In this document: positions 43,085 to 57,863 of the stretch, in pieces | Position numbering within the stretch: position 1 is the first letter of the stretch | Layout of the letters: each line of letters opens with the position of its first letter | The notes under the pieces: generated by a model | Databases searched by the model: none | Told to the model about the DNA's origin: nothing | Seen by the model: the letters and a program-made list of their open reading frames with translations, nothing else | DNA from: the human T2T-CHM13v2.0 reference genome, Homo sapiens | Assembly: GCF_009914755.1 (NCBI RefSeq) | Contig: NC_060928.1 | Reading direction: 5' to 3' (one strand) | Length of the DNA: 64,000 nt | Made by a program: the position numbers and the translations under genes

Positions 43085-43500
43085 TGTTTAGTGGTAAGAG
43101 CACCGCTGTGAAAATCAGAAGATGAAGTTCCGGTCCTAATTCTACCATTATTTGGTAGTTTTTATTAATATGTTAATTTATCTTTCTGGGCCTCTATTTT
43201 TCTATAAAATGAATTTCCTTCAGACTGTTAAAATCTTTGAGCCTATATGAAACATACAGATTCTTATCTCCCTGGAAGGAAGCGTAGCCTAAGATACATC
43301 GGTATTCTAATAGAAAGATCAATGGGATTCAGAGTCAGCTAAATGCTTTGTGAAGTTGGGAAAGGAACTCAATTTTTCAGATTCAAGTTCTTCTTTTTAA
43401 AAACAGAGGCAATGGCTCCTAGTTTATGAGATAATTGTGAAGATTAAATGATTAAGACAATTTAAAGAAAAGATGTCTTAATGGTAAAGAATTACATAAA
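43085..43500 (+). mobile_element. Two MIR fragments
   Basis: agtggtaagagca...tctgggcctctattttctataaaatg; ttgtgaagattaaatga. Confidence 0.6.
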
Positions 43501-44956
43501 CATCCTGGTTCACCCCACCCAATCTGGGAATCTTCTGTTTCAGAGAGACAAATATAATATCTCTTTACTGACACCAGCTCAGATATCATCAGTCTATTTC
43601 TTGGGTGGGAAAGGCCACCGAAGTCTTTCAAACTGAAAAGACAAATACTTCAACTGAATATAAACAATTGTATTCCACAACTGCTTAGAGGTCACATGTA
43701 TGAAACACTTTCCTTATAAACCAGTAATTCTCTGGAACCAACTCTATTTAGGGACAACTTTCTCATTCAGTTCTTCTTTTTTTTTTCTCTCTCTCTCTCA
43801 TTCCATTCCTGATGAAGATGATAAAAGACAAATTAGAGGAATACTCTGAAAAGTTGAGATAAGGAGAAAAATGTTATCTGTTAAATAATTCATGTATAAC
43901 AAATAAGTGGGTTCTCTATGTTACTTTCTATGCAGCATCTTTCTTCCATTTTTAAATCACTTATAAATGTGATTTTGTTCTCATCATATTTTAACAGGTT
44001 TCTGTCTAGTGTGTTTTAATTAGGAGATGACACTTTTTTTCTTTCTTTAAAAAAATTAATTGAGATAAATGTTTTCAGAACACAGATGACTTTTCCACGG
44101 GACTTTATTAAAAAGAAGTCACCCTGTTTTGTTGCCAAGGGCACTAAAAATTGCTGGTTGAATAGTCAGTCATTTCTTTTCTAATGAAAAGAGACAGCAT
44201 GGAGATTTCCCAGAAAATGAATCAGTGTAAATGGGGATAGTGGTTTGTAACATCTTTCTGCTGAACTGTTTAGAACATGACAGAGACCAAACTAGATTAC
44301 AGAACAAAATGAGTTGATATAAAATGTGTTAAAAGAACGTCATATTTTGTCTTTAACATAATTGAATCTGCTGTGAAAATAGCCCATGCCAGCCAAGAGA
44401 CTGAATATCAAACTCTGTGGGGTTGGATTCTCCTTGTGCTGTTATAGACACTATGGCAAAGTGTCTCCTCTTTATTTTTTCAAGTTAATGTGACTTTTAA
44501 AATTGATTAATAGTCATTGTGCATTTTTATTCGTCTGAAGTTCAGAATTTAGTCTGTTATAAAGAATAACTGGTAGCTTTGATGTAATAAGAGATGATAG
44601 AGCTTCTGAGACTTAAAAGTAAAATTCTCATAGGATGTAATCTATCATTTCAGGGAAAGAAAACTATCTTTGGAAGCTGTATTCATTTGGACTACCATCC
44701 AAGAACTATCATATGTGCTATGTCACCAGTCTTTGATAGTTCAAACACAGGGAGTGTGGGCCAAGTCTGAAGGAAGGTCAATGAGGGAAGGGAAATGGAT
44801 CCCAAGGATGTGGTTGCCTAAGTGAAGTACAAAGAAGAAAACAACCTTCAAAACACATCCCCTTCCATTTCACTGAAAAAACTTTCAATCATGTATTTTA
44901 TTATTTTTAAATTTCAAAAATAATTCCTGTTAAATATTAAACAACATATAGAAGCA

Positions 44957-45683
<727 letters not shown>

Positions 45684-46810
45684 AATTTTGGTATATTAGA
45701 GGAACAGAAGCTGAATGATGAGCGTTATGAATTGACTCTGGGTTTTCTGGAATTGAGTAGACCAAATCTGATTAGATTTAAAGGCACTTAAGGCTCTATT
45801 TTCAGTAGTAAAGAGAGCAGTGATAGTTCATGGCATGATGTGGCAACAGAGATAAGGAAAGTATTTTGGTGTTGGTTTTTTTTTTTTTTTTTTTTTTGAG
45901 ACGGAGTCTCGCTCTGGCTCTGTTGCCCGGGCTGGAGTGCAGTAGCGCGATCTCGGCTCACTGAAAGCTCCGCCTCCCGGGGTTCACGCCATTCTCCTGC
46001 CTCAGCCTCCCCAGTAGCTGGGACTACAGGCGCCCGCCACCATGCCTGGCTATTTTTTTTTTTTTTTTTTTTTTTTGTATTTTTAGTAGAGACGGGGTTT
46101 CACTGTGTTAGCCAGGATGGTCTCAATCTCCTGACCTCTTGATCTGCCAGCCTCGGCCTCCCAAAGTGCTGGGATTACAGGCGTCAGCCACCGCGCCCAG
46201 CTGAGATAAGGAAAGTATTGATTGCTATTTGATACTCCTAGTCAAATATCTATAGCAGGCGAGGTTCTGGGTGACTATGTATTTGCTACCTTACAACATT
46301 TTAGTTGAACTAAGTAATTCAATGGAATTGGCTGGTTGCTTCTAACAGTGCTGGAAAAAATGGAGAAATAAATTGATGAACTCAGGGCTTGAAATCCCCA
46401 AGTTAAGTTCTGCATAAGCTATTAGAAGGTTTCTATATCTTCCCTGAAAGAACATCATTGTTTACTACAGTTATAGGGTCAAGATTTCCGAAAACTAAAT
46501 CCAGAGTTCCATCCTGCAAGTGGCTTAATTACAAGACAAATTGAATTGACCTCTCCGGGTGCCTTCTATTAAAGTCAGGGCATTGATTGGGAGGAAATAG
46601 GATCCTAAAAATTGAAATAGGACGTTTAGACAGTTTCTGTTATAGCTGGGGATACTGAACTGTTTAAGTTCTACCAAGTCTTCTGTGCCAGAAAAACAAT
46701 ACTTATATCCTTGCCTGAGGAGGTTAGCCCTCTTTTACCTATGGAAACCTCAATGGACTCCCCTCAGTTAGCTGTCTCACAAAACACAGCTGAGTCTTCT
46801 TAGGATCTAT
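45684..46810 (+). mobile_element. ERVL internal 5' region with a degraded gag start
   Basis: attttggta follows the LTR; relic IGWLLLTVLEKMEK*IDELRA near 46327 resembles ERVL gag. Confidence 0.7.
45866..46202 (-). mobile_element. AluY with an expanded central A-linker
   Basis: 17-bp TSD gagataaggaaagtatt (45849-45865, 46203-46219); many CpGs retained. Confidence 0.96.
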
Positions 46811-47984
46811 TTATCTAGGTGAGATACTTCCAGAGTGCACACATCATGACGGATTTCATAACAACTCAAAAGGCTGATCATTGTACAATAGATCATTGTT
46901 TCCCTTTTGTCCTAGAGCTCTGCAGAGCCATAAAACTTTGTTAGAATCAAAACTTCCCTAACATGACCACTGCAATGCTAAACTATCTTTAGTGAAGGAC
47001 TGCCACTTAACAAGTTAGACACAGGCACTGCGGGTATAATGTGAGAAAAATGGAAAGTGGGAGTCTTTTCTGGAGGTGGATGAGGCTTAGATGAGGATGA
47101 ACAAATAACAGACAAGAGAAGAAAGTACCATGGCCAGACAAAATTTTATGCTTTAAAATGATCAGAACTGTGCCGTTTCTCTAGAGGCAGAGATTTCAGT
47201 TATAAAAGCCTGCAGTTTTACTAGCCTCCCTCTCTTTTGAGCCCTGAAATTAATTTTTTTTTCCTCTTTAGTCATGCAAATATTTTGAAAGCTCTGATTG
47301 ATTCCTAAGAATCACAGAACAAGTACCTGCAGGAAAAAAGGTGACTCTAAAGTGTGAAACTCCACCCTCTGGTTTCCTATATTCTCCCAGATCTTGCTTT
47401 TAAATTCTTATTAAATTCTAAAGAAATTCTTCCTTGCCTTGGTAGGTCTCCAGTACATTGAAACAAACTTTTTAAAATATCTTGTTTAGCTTCTTTTGTT
47501 ATTTCTAGTGGGAGGAATTGTCCTAATTACCTACTGTGGCATTAGCCAAAGCCAAATTCCTTTTACATTTATTTTTAAGTGTAATTTGTGAATTTGGAGC
47601 ATAACACTGAATTTTCTATTTATAGTAATGATGCAGCATTTTCATTAAAATAAATTTAGTGAGTAAAATGTGAGTCAATTTAAACAAAGATATTAAGTAA
47701 ACATTATGTATACAAATTAGGCAAAAACAGCAAAAGGCATTAAAGAATATGTCATTGACTGAAGTCTGGAAAGCACAAAAATGAAATAGTTGATATTAAA
47801 TGACTGGTAGCCTGGCTTCCAAGGCTTTGGTGCTCAGAGACGTGCACCTCCCCTAACAGTAAGTCATTCTCATTGGTTCAATCTCTGATCACAGATTCTG
47901 TTTCCACAAGAACAGAGTTCCTGCTTGGTTCTTGTGCTCAAGCTCCTGTGTGGTTCTCTGGTTCCCCAGTTTTGCTCTTTTACA

Positions 47985-48600
47985 CTTTGAGCAAACATTT
48001 ATTTGGAATGCACTGTGTGGACTCAACATTATTAAATGTTGGTGATGTAGTACTTGATTTTGCCATGCACACAGCCTGTTTGATGAGATACAGAAATGAG
48101 CAAATTGCATTAGTTACAAATACAACATAGAATCATGGGCAAGAAACGCAAGTAGCACAGTGTACACATATACCTAGATATGATTAACCTTCTCTTGGGG
48201 GTGAGAATCTAGGGACTGATAAACAATAATCTGACAAGTTTGGCAGAAAGAAAGTGGAGAAAGTCTAATGATATTTAAAGGAGGGAATTCTTGGGAGAGA
48301 AAACAGCTTCAGTAAATGGGAAGAGGCATGAAGCGTCATGATTTGGGTAACTGGATAAGAGTCAATTACTACTGATATAATAATCGAGAGAAAGGAATAA
48401 TAGGTTAATCTGTCTAGATAGAGAAACAGAAGTACGATTATGAAGGTAAACAAAGAGCTCTGACTATTCTCCGCAGCCCACAGAGAACCCCTGATGGAAT
48501 TTAAACAGAGCAATGACATCATCACATTTGTAGTATCCACGGACATGTTGGGGAAACAAGAAAAGATGATTTGGGCATCAGAATGAGGGTTAGAGCCTTA
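47985..48600 (-). mobile_element. L2 fragment
   Basis: gagcaaacatttatttggaatgcactgtgtg...ggaatttaaacagagcaatgacatcatcacatttg. Confidence 0.65.
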
Positions 48601-48892
48601 TGAAAAATGGGATCATTGTACAATGATGTGTGTCATGAGGTTTATAAAATGTATTTTCACTGAAGTTACCTCTCGATTGGAGTTGTAACACTTAGTAATT
48701 TTAAGATTTCAATGTATATGGTTCTTATTCATATCAATATTTTGGAGGATATAAGACAAGGAATTAGATTTCTGTATTGAGTGATACAATTAGGATTTTA
48801 TGAAATGTACATTATAAACATATGTAGTAAACATTTACTTAGAGTGAAAAGTTCTGAATTATCAACAAGTTTTTTCCATGAGAAAACATGAA

Positions 48893-49755
48893 ACAACTAA
48901 ACAACCCCATCAAAAAGTGGGTGAAGAATATGAATAGACACTTCTCAAAAGAAGACATTTATGCAGCCAAAAGACACATGAAAAAATGCTCATCATCACT
49001 GGCCATCAGAGAAATGCAAATCAAAACCACAATGAGATACCATCTCACACCAGTTAGAATGGCAATCATTAAAAAGTCAGGAAACAACAGGTGCTGGAGA
49101 GGATGTGGAGAAATAGGAACACTTTTACACTGTTGGTAGGACTGTAAACTAGTTCAACCATTGTGGAAGTCAGTGTGGTGATTCCTCAGGGATCTAGAAC
49201 TAGAAATACCATTTGACCCAGCCATCCCATTACTGGGTATATACCCAAAGGATTATAAATCATGTTGATATAAAGACACATGCACATGTATGTTTATTGC
49301 AGCACTATTCACAATAGCAAAGACTTGGAACCAACCCAAATGCCCAACAATGATAGACTGGATTAAGAAAATGTGGCACATATACACCATGAAATACTAT
49401 GCAGCCATAAAAAATGATGAGTTCACGTCCTTTGTAGGGACATGGATGAAGCTGGAAACCATCATCCTCAGCAAACTATCGCAAGGACAAAAAACCAAAC
49501 ACCACATGTTCTCACTCATAGGTGGGAATTGAACAATGAGAACACATGGACACAGGAAGGTGAACATCACACTCTGGGGACTGTTGTGGGGTGGGGGGAG
49601 TGGGGAGGGATAGCATTAGGAGATATACCTAATGTTAAATGACGAGTTAATGGGTGCAGCACACCAACATGGCACATGTATACATATGTAACAAACCTGC
49701 ACGTTGTGCACTTGTACCCTAAAACTTAATGTATAATTAAAAAAAGAAAAAAAAA
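48893..49755 (+). mobile_element. 5'-truncated L1PA3/4-like 3' end
   Basis: ORF2 C-terminus ([23 protein letters not shown]), 3' UTR and polyA. Confidence 0.96.
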
Positions 49756-52700
49756 GAATGACATTGGCTGGCAAATTTAAATATATATTGTTTAATCATT
49801 TAAAAAAAAAAGAAAAAAAATTATTCCTATATTCGAAACGTAGAAAGTCCACTTAGAATCAAGTTAATTTTTGGAATTCTATTGAAATGGGGAGAAAAAA
49901 AAATCCTACCAGCTAGCAGCATGCTGCCACTGCACAGCATGCATATCTGTAATGCAGCATTGGCATATTAATACGAAAACCCTTCAAACTACTTTTTGCT
50001 AAATGTATTAATGACAGCATAGACCTTGGCCCTAATATACTGGAAACCATCTTACTTCAACCTTTGTATAATAATTATATATTAACTGAGTAACAGGATC
50101 AGACAAGAGATAAGTAAAATATTTTTTTATATTTTTGCAATAAGTTTTATTCCTCTTTACTCAATTGTCAATCCTCACGACTCATATTTAAAACTAATTA
50201 TTCATAATTTTGATAAAATGAGAAGTTTAAAAAGAATCTCTTATAAGATAATGCACTCTGAATTCTCAATGTCAAATACCTATGCCTCCTTCTTTTCTTC
50301 ATTAATAAAATCTGAATAAATATTATTAATTCTAATAGAATTTTAGCTCAAAATTACTCTTGCTTTTGTTTGTTTTAATTACAATGGGCTACACAAAGGT
50401 ACATAAAAGTATTAGTTTAGTAAAAAATCTAACCTTATTTTATTATTAGAATTATTCTACTACCAAATAATTTTATTAACTTAAATGCATTATTGATAAT
50501 TTGGATCTTGAAGATTAAGAAAAACCAACAAAGTATTTATATCTTTTAAAAAATATCAAAATATCTTATGAAAACATGGGCAAATATATTGAGATTAGCA
50601 AGTTTTTCACAAATGTGAATTGGAACCTGAAATTTTAATTTTAATTCGATCATGCATTATTCTTTTAATGACTTCAAAGGATGATTACCCACATGGATAA
50701 CTAGAGCATTAAGTATTGACCGCTACAGAAAAGACATTATTTCTGCTTGTTACCATACATCAATTTCTAGGGCTTTGAAAAAGTTTGTTTTTAAATATTT
50801 TATTTGGTATTACAGCTATTTTTGTTTTTGAGGACGAAATGTGCCAATCTTCTCACTCAAACAAACTAGAAGTTCTACTTCAGTTTTCTTAAAGGCCAGA
50901 AGGACAGTTAATCAATTTTCTATTGTAGAATACCTCTGCTAGTAGTGAATGTTGGGTCAAACTGGGCTTTACCAATGATTAGAGAAGAAACTTTTTGGAC
51001 TTAAACTTGGATAGCAAAATGGAGTAGGTCTGAATTTGAGTGAAATTTCAGAAGTATAATCAATGGAACTTGGTTACTTTATACTCACCATCTGAATGAG
51101 TATGAAGAATGAATGTGCCTTTAGATTTCTTGCTTATGTGACTGCACAATCATAATTTTATTAGTTCAAAAAATATGTCTTTGTCTTCTGTTTTGTGCCA
51201 GGAACTATAATAAGCATTACAGATACAAGAAACAAAATGATGCTTGTTTGTATCTTTGGCTCGCATTTATCAATGGTGCCATCAAATATATCTGAGTGGC
51301 TAAAAAGTTCACAATTATCTTGTTGGAATGATTAATTGATGACTTTCATCAGAAATCTTCATAAATCTCAGGTAGCAGGTGTGATAGTAAGCTAATAGAA
51401 TGAAATTGTGAAAGAGTAATAATTGCTCATTTCCACACGGGGGCACTTGTAAACTCAGAAACAGTTCTCTGCACTTGCTCAAATCTTAATTTTTTATTTG
51501 GGAATGAAATGATTGTGGACGTATGTATTAATCCCCAGTATTTAAAAAAATTTTTTTGGAGAAAGAAAGACAAATAACTAGCACATTGTTTTCTTATTGT
51601 TAGGGGGCAGAAATGCTATCTTTTGAAAACACATAGTCTCTCCCTTTCTATTTTTCTTCTGCTGGCTCAAGAAATATTGTACAAAGAAGAAATTTGGCTT
51701 GTGTTCAGTTTTTTTTTTCTTTTACATTTATTCTTCAATTACTTAGAAAATCTAGAAGGGCAATTAAGAGCTAATATTCATATAAGCACTTGAATTTCCC
51801 ACATGATCTAAAATGTTTTAGGTAGTAGATACCTCTTGAGGAAAATGTGAGAAGTTTGAGTGTTTTCTTGGCAAATACAAAGAATTCTCTAACTTCAATT
51901 TCAACTTAGATGAAAGGAACACTATCTTTAGACTGGCACAATTATGGGCTGTCTCTATAAAAAGAAACATGTCATCAAATAGTTGCTTTCATTAAATGTA
52001 TTTATGTGCTCATTTCTAGCCATAATATGGAGCAAAAAATTATTATCACTTACCTTACTGATACAAAAAATCTTCATGATCATCTCATCAGTTCTAGAGG
52101 AAGACTATGTCTTAGTCATTATTTTGTTACATCTCTTATTTGGTAAATATCAGTGGTATTAAATTTTTACTGAATAATTGATGTGTAATTATTTGCAGAA
52201 ATACCTACTGTGATTTGTACCACTTAGTAATCTGTTCTGTCCTGTAGCTAATCTTTTAAATGTAAAATATAAACCTTTTATTTTTTCTAAGATACAGTCC
52301 CACCTCATCCCTCCTTGCTTTTAAATTTGGAGGTAGGAAAACAGAAGAAATGAGAGAGATTTTATCCTAATTGAGCATCTTACATGTACATTCTTCAGAG
52401 TGTTGAATGAATTACAAAAGTTGTGGAAACATGTTCACCTTCAACAAAATGAGAAAATTAATCTATTAAATACTGGCTTAAAAAATTGGGGATTCCATAA
52501 TTTTTCTATTACTTACTATGAATTAGTAAGACAATTTCTTAAACAAACATACCTGTTCTAATTTATCCAGCTGCTTTTTCTTCATTGGAACAGTCTTCTA
52601 TATATTTATTCTAACAATGCTAATACTATTCAAAGCATGCCTAACACTCTTAAAATTTATTAAAAACTAGAGCAAATTGTTTTGGAAAATTTGACATGGA

Positions 52701-52859
52701 AGATCTCTGAGAATAAACTTAATTTTTAAAAGGCATCATATTCCTTCAGAGCCAAATATGGCAAATAGAATTTATGAATTCTTTAATTTCTTATTCTTTG
52801 TAACTTTTTTCTCTTATCAGGTTATTTTTCTTTTATTTGTTTTTATTATTTGTTTTCAT

Positions 52860-54000
52860 CATATTTTAATATAATGCTATATATTAAAATCATTTTTAAT
52901 TTTAATCTAACTTTTCTACTTCCCTACCAGTAGCAAACACTTGAACTCAAGGACTATTATCCTGATTCATTAGAAATTCTCTGTAGTTCCTGAAAACATT
53001 TTTAATACATTTAGATGCATCAAGTATTCTTTAGATTTTATATAGTTTAGAAATCACTCTTGGAAACTATTTATTGACTTGTCTGAATCTGGGCTGGTAG
53101 CCTCGATGCTACAAGTACAATTTCAACATGGGATGTCACATTTATCACCATCCTGAACATTTTCTTTGCTTCTCTGATGTATCCCCTCTTTTCCAAATCT
53201 CATGTCTTCCACTTACTTTATTTCCTCCTTTGTTTTTGTGTGGTTTCCTCAAACAAAGCTTCCTACAAAAGGGTACATGGGAGGTTGACTTTTCTGGACT
53301 TGCCTGTCTGAAAAACTCCTTTAATTTGTCCTGAGATGCTTAAGGTCTCCCTGTAGCTTCTGTTTCTTTCCCTTTTCATCTGATACTTTCTGCTCTCTCT
53401 ATCGAAGTTTATGGAATCTCCTCTTGACTCTCATTTTTCTTATGTTTTTACAAGTGGCTTGGGTTAAGTCTCCTTGTCTTCCATTTTTACAGTGATTTTA
53501 TGAGTGCTTTAAAACAGAAAATTCATATTCTCCGGTCCTTGGAAATAATCCTGAAACTTTTTTGATGATTCATGCTCTCTCTTTTTTCTATTCTTTATTT
53601 CTGGTAACCCTATGAGAGATTTTCTGAATTTTTTCTCTAATGATCTTCCCTTTTCTTTTCTTCTCTTTTATCGTCTTTGGTTCTACTTTCTGACAGTTTT
53701 CCCCAACTTTATCCTTCAATCTCTTATTGAATCTTTGTGTACCATTGTATTTTCAGCATTCAAGGCTTCTTTTGTTCTCTGTATCTATTCTTTTTATTTT
53801 ACTTTGTTCTTTTCATAGATGTAACACCTCTTATTTCTCTCAGGATAGGAATAGTATGCATAGTTTCTTTGTTTTCCTTTTTAATTTTTTGTTATTTTAT
53901 TCTCCCTGGTTAGTATTTTCTCATTTTCTCTTTTTCAGTTGATCTTTCTGTTGGTTTGTTCTCTTTTTATCTGTCATATTAAAATTTTTCCTTGCATATT
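52860..54000 (-). mobile_element. Ancient L1ME/HAL1-like fragment
   Basis: T-rich strand; cttcctacaaaagggtacatgggaggttgactttctggacttgcctgtctgaaaa. Confidence 0.5.
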
Positions 54001-54035
54001 GCATAGTAACATTACATTATGATAATCTGTAATAC

Positions 54036-54501
54036 TGATGCAGGATTTATACTCCCTAGCTAGGCTAAACCTGGGTTCCTGTCTCACAACCAGGAAAAAT
54101 TAAGCACGCAGATATTGAAAAGTGAATGGAGTAGAATTTATTAAGCAAAAAGGTAAGCTCTCAGAGAAAAGACGGGTCCTAAAAGCAGGTTGTTGGTTGC
54201 CCCCTTCACAGTTGAACACAAGGGCTTTTATATATCCGCTGATGGGGCTGGGTTCCCTAGGTGTATAAAGCGCCAATTCCTGGCGGCTCCACCCTGTTCT
54301 TCCAGTTGTGCATGCCGGCCCTTTGTCTGAGCCACTCCACATTGATTTATATCCCTTACTGCGCACGTGTTGAGGGACGGAATTTTTCACCAACGGCATG
54401 TTTAAGGAAGCCCCTGAGCACAACGTCCTTGGCGGGTGGGAGCATCTGCAGAGACCCTCCCATATCTGCCTAGGAGAGTTCTCTGGCACCTGCCTCTATC
54501 G
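54036..54501 (-). mobile_element. ERV1 MER4-group solo LTR (MER61/LTR27-like)
   Basis: Minus strand (c)gatagaggcagg...tcctgcatca; 4-bp TSD atac; minus-strand TATA tatataaaagccc and aataaa. Confidence 0.8.
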
Positions 54502-54879
54502 ATACTGTTCAGATATTATTTGGAAATATCTGGTTAATGGCTTTGTAGCATCTCATTGTATGAACTAGATGTATACACTTTTAAGGTGAGTCAGGCGCGG
54601 AGGAAGGCAAACTACTTGCAGCACACTTCTGAGCTTGCATTTCTCTACCTAGACTCACCATATTCTAACAAGAGTTACTCCAGACATCTCCTGAACAATA
54701 TCACCAGCACTTCTACCCATTTATATCAATCAACGCAGATGCAGGTATCAAACATCAGGTGTTTTCATACTTCCACTTAGTAGAAGTGTTAGAATGAACA
54801 ATTTGAGGGGTCTAAAAACTCTTCCTTTAAAAACAATGTTTTAAAATTATTTGGGGTATTTTAGGGTACTTAAGGAGAC

Positions 54880-55085
54880 TTGGGAGCAGATGACTGGGTT
54901 CAAGTCCAACCCTGTCACTTATTAGTTATCTGATCTTGAACAATTTATTTAAAGCCCTGTCTCCTCAATTATTAAAATTAAATAATGCCTAATTTATAAA
55001 ATCACTGAGAGAATTAAATGAGATAATATATTTGAATTGCTTAGTGTAGTGCCTAGCACAAGTATTTCTCAATGAATTTTAATGT
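54880..55085 (+). mobile_element. MIR
   Basis: gactgggttcaagtcc...cacttattag...gagaattaaatgagataat...gtgcctagcaca. Confidence 0.8.
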
Positions 55086-56538
55086 TTATGCTTCCAGATG
55101 AAGAAATGCATGCTTATCACATAAAATGAGACGATACAAAAAAGTATAAAGGAGAGAAGCAGTGGATGATCCAGAGATAACCACGCTTCACTAACCTACA
55201 TACATGCATAGTTAGCTTTTTCCCCTCAATTGGTCAGAGCCTTCAAAGCAGAACTTTCAGGTCAGGGAAGAGATTAGTCTTAGGAGCCTAGTTGGTCAAG
55301 ACAAGTGAAAGTGTCATTATTGAGTAAGCAATTGTTTACCTCCATCTTTTTCCTTCCAGTACCAGAGTCCTGCTCGCACCTGTAACTAGTATCCCTCAGT
55401 TCAGAGTATCATTAATATCTTCTTTATGAAATAAGTTCTAGTCTTCTAGAAGTGAGTCAGTAGTCACCCAGTTGCAGAGAGCAGAAGATTTCTCACTGGA
55501 ATACAATTGATTTTTAAGTAGATTTATTCAGAGCTTTGAATGAATAACCAAGAAATATTGGGAAAGAGTTCAAGAATAGATACTCAGTATTGTTCACTGT
55601 ATCACCTCTTTTTTTTCTTATCAGCATCTCTATATCTGTTCCTATGTACACCCCTGACTTCATGCCACCACCAGATTGCCCAAGCACTCAATTTTTCTTT
55701 ACCCATATTTTCTCATTCTAGGCAGATTCCCAGGAAACTGTTCTTCATCATCCTAAAAACAAAAGAACAACAATAGCAAAAACAACTTAACACAAATAAG
55801 CAGAAAAAGACATGATTTCTTTTATTTCAGGGTCCTATTCTCAGTTTGAGAACTCATGAATTTAATAAACTACTTCATTTTATCCATTATGTTTATCATT
55901 GCTTAGATATTATTCATAACATGAAGGAATTCAAGCATATGGATGCTGAACTTTAGTAACATTTGCCAACAGAGACTCAATAGAAACAAAGATTGTAGAA
56001 ATGGCAGTTGCAAGCCTCTCTTAAATTTAATGAATAATCCAATACTTGGAAAGGGATGAGGTAAACTCAAGCAGAGTTTAGGTTAGTGTTTGATGCGGTG
56101 AGATTAGGGAGTGTTGCAGAGTGTGGGCATTCATTCTATCCAAAAGGCATGTCTGAGAAGAAAACACAGATGGCAGATGGGGATACACCAGGTGAGGCAG
56201 ATGTGATTACTATGGATCCTGGTGCTCTATCCATTTGGCAGCCAGGGAATGGAACACCGCAGTAATGAGAATCAGAGAAGCCATTAACTGTTAGGCTGTG
56301 TGTCAGGGCTTCATGCACACAGATGAAGAGCAGAGAAAGGTTCCAGTTCTATCAGCCATGAATTGGAAGGTAAGAAGAGAAATGTGGCAATTTAGAGACT
56401 CTCATTTATCTAGAAAGCATCCAGACACTTTGAGGGAATTAGCTACACTCTTACTTATAAGTACTATAGCATATTTCTTAAAGTGTAGGCTGCAGACATT
56501 CTAGATTAGAATCATAAGGTGAATATGCTATGAAGACA

Positions 56539-57638
56539 TGATAGTGGCAGGAGGCAGACAAATCCTTAGGAAGATGGGGTGGGTCCCTGGTGAAATCCCA
56601 CCTTTAAGCCAAAGACAGTTTAAAGCCTGAAAGCCAAACTACAAGTCTTCGATAAATCCATGGACCTGGTTGAGAAGCTGTCTTCCCATTGGCACGCTTT
56701 CCTCTGATTGAGCCTCACCCTTCCCTTATCTTATGTGTACTTACCCTTCCCTAATTGGTTTCTCACACCGTTGTGCCCACCTTTGAGTGGTGCCTTTGCT
56801 TTAGCCTTTTTTGCATACTCACAAACCAATTGGCATGCACTTCCCAATTCTGAGCCCATAAAAGCCCCAGGTCCAGCAACACTGGGACAGAGACCATCTG
56901 ATTTCAGTTGGGAACCATCCTCACATCCCCTCTCCACTGAGAGTTGCTTTGTCACTCAATCAAACTCTTTTCTGCCCGCCTCACCCTTCCATTGTCAGCA
57001 TAATCTAATTCTTCTTGGACGCAGGTCAAGAACTTGGGATTCTGCTGAATGTGGGTATAAAGAACACAGTAACACTTTAGCCCTCCACCCCCTGTCAGTG
57101 CTCAGCAGCTGCCTCACATGATGGGAGGCAATGGCAGGACTGGTCCAGCCTGGGAGCCACAGGGCAAACTGGGACAATTGACTGACAGAGCTGTTAACAT
57201 ACCCTCATTAGTCAGGCTGCAGTGGGACTCAAAGAGCTGTTAACATACTGTAACACCCCCTCTGGGGCTTTGGGATTGCAGGCTTCCCTGCTTGGGTGAC
57301 ACCGCATTGGCCTCATCTGGACACTGGAGTCCCCTGCAGGAGTTGCTTGAGACACACCTAGTCCAGCTGCATGCCCACATGGAGCCCATTCCTGTACTAG
57401 CACTCAGACCAGTCAGCCAGACCCTGCACTCTACTGCCCACTCGCCTCCCCTGACAGGGATGAGCATCCAGTGATGGTGGCTGCATGATCTGCCCTGGAG
57501 TGCAAGCTGGGCACCACCCGGCAGGACCAGTGGGTGGGGTGCCTTCTGTGGTGAACCTGGGGCTGAGCAAGGCCTGGGCAGGGCATTGCCAGCTGGAGAT
57601 CTCTGGCTGGCAAAGTGGCAGAGAAAAATCCTGCATCA
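56539..57638 (+). mobile_element. ERV1 solo LTR (MER52/LTR27/LTR28 family)
   Basis: tgatagtggcaggaggcag...aaaaatcctgcatca; 4-bp TSD gaca; ccaat and cataaaagcccc promoter motifs. Confidence 0.85.
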
Positions 57639-57821
57639 GACAGATTCTATGTTCTTTCTGTCTTAGTTCTGCAAACAGTGAGTTCATGAGTTGATACTGT
57701 CACTGAAGACAATACAGATATGCCAGTTAGTAGTAAAGAATCTGTTTGTATGTTATCTGGGGAATGGAGTGTCATTCACACAGTCTTCTATTTGAAATAA
57801 ATGAATTGGCTAAAACAACCA

Positions 57822-57863
57822 TTTAATGGCAAGAACTGCAATTACTTTTGCACCAACCTAATA
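57822..57863. mobile_element. MADE1 right half
   Basis: tttaatggcaagaactgcaattacttttgcaccaacctaata. Confidence 0.85.
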
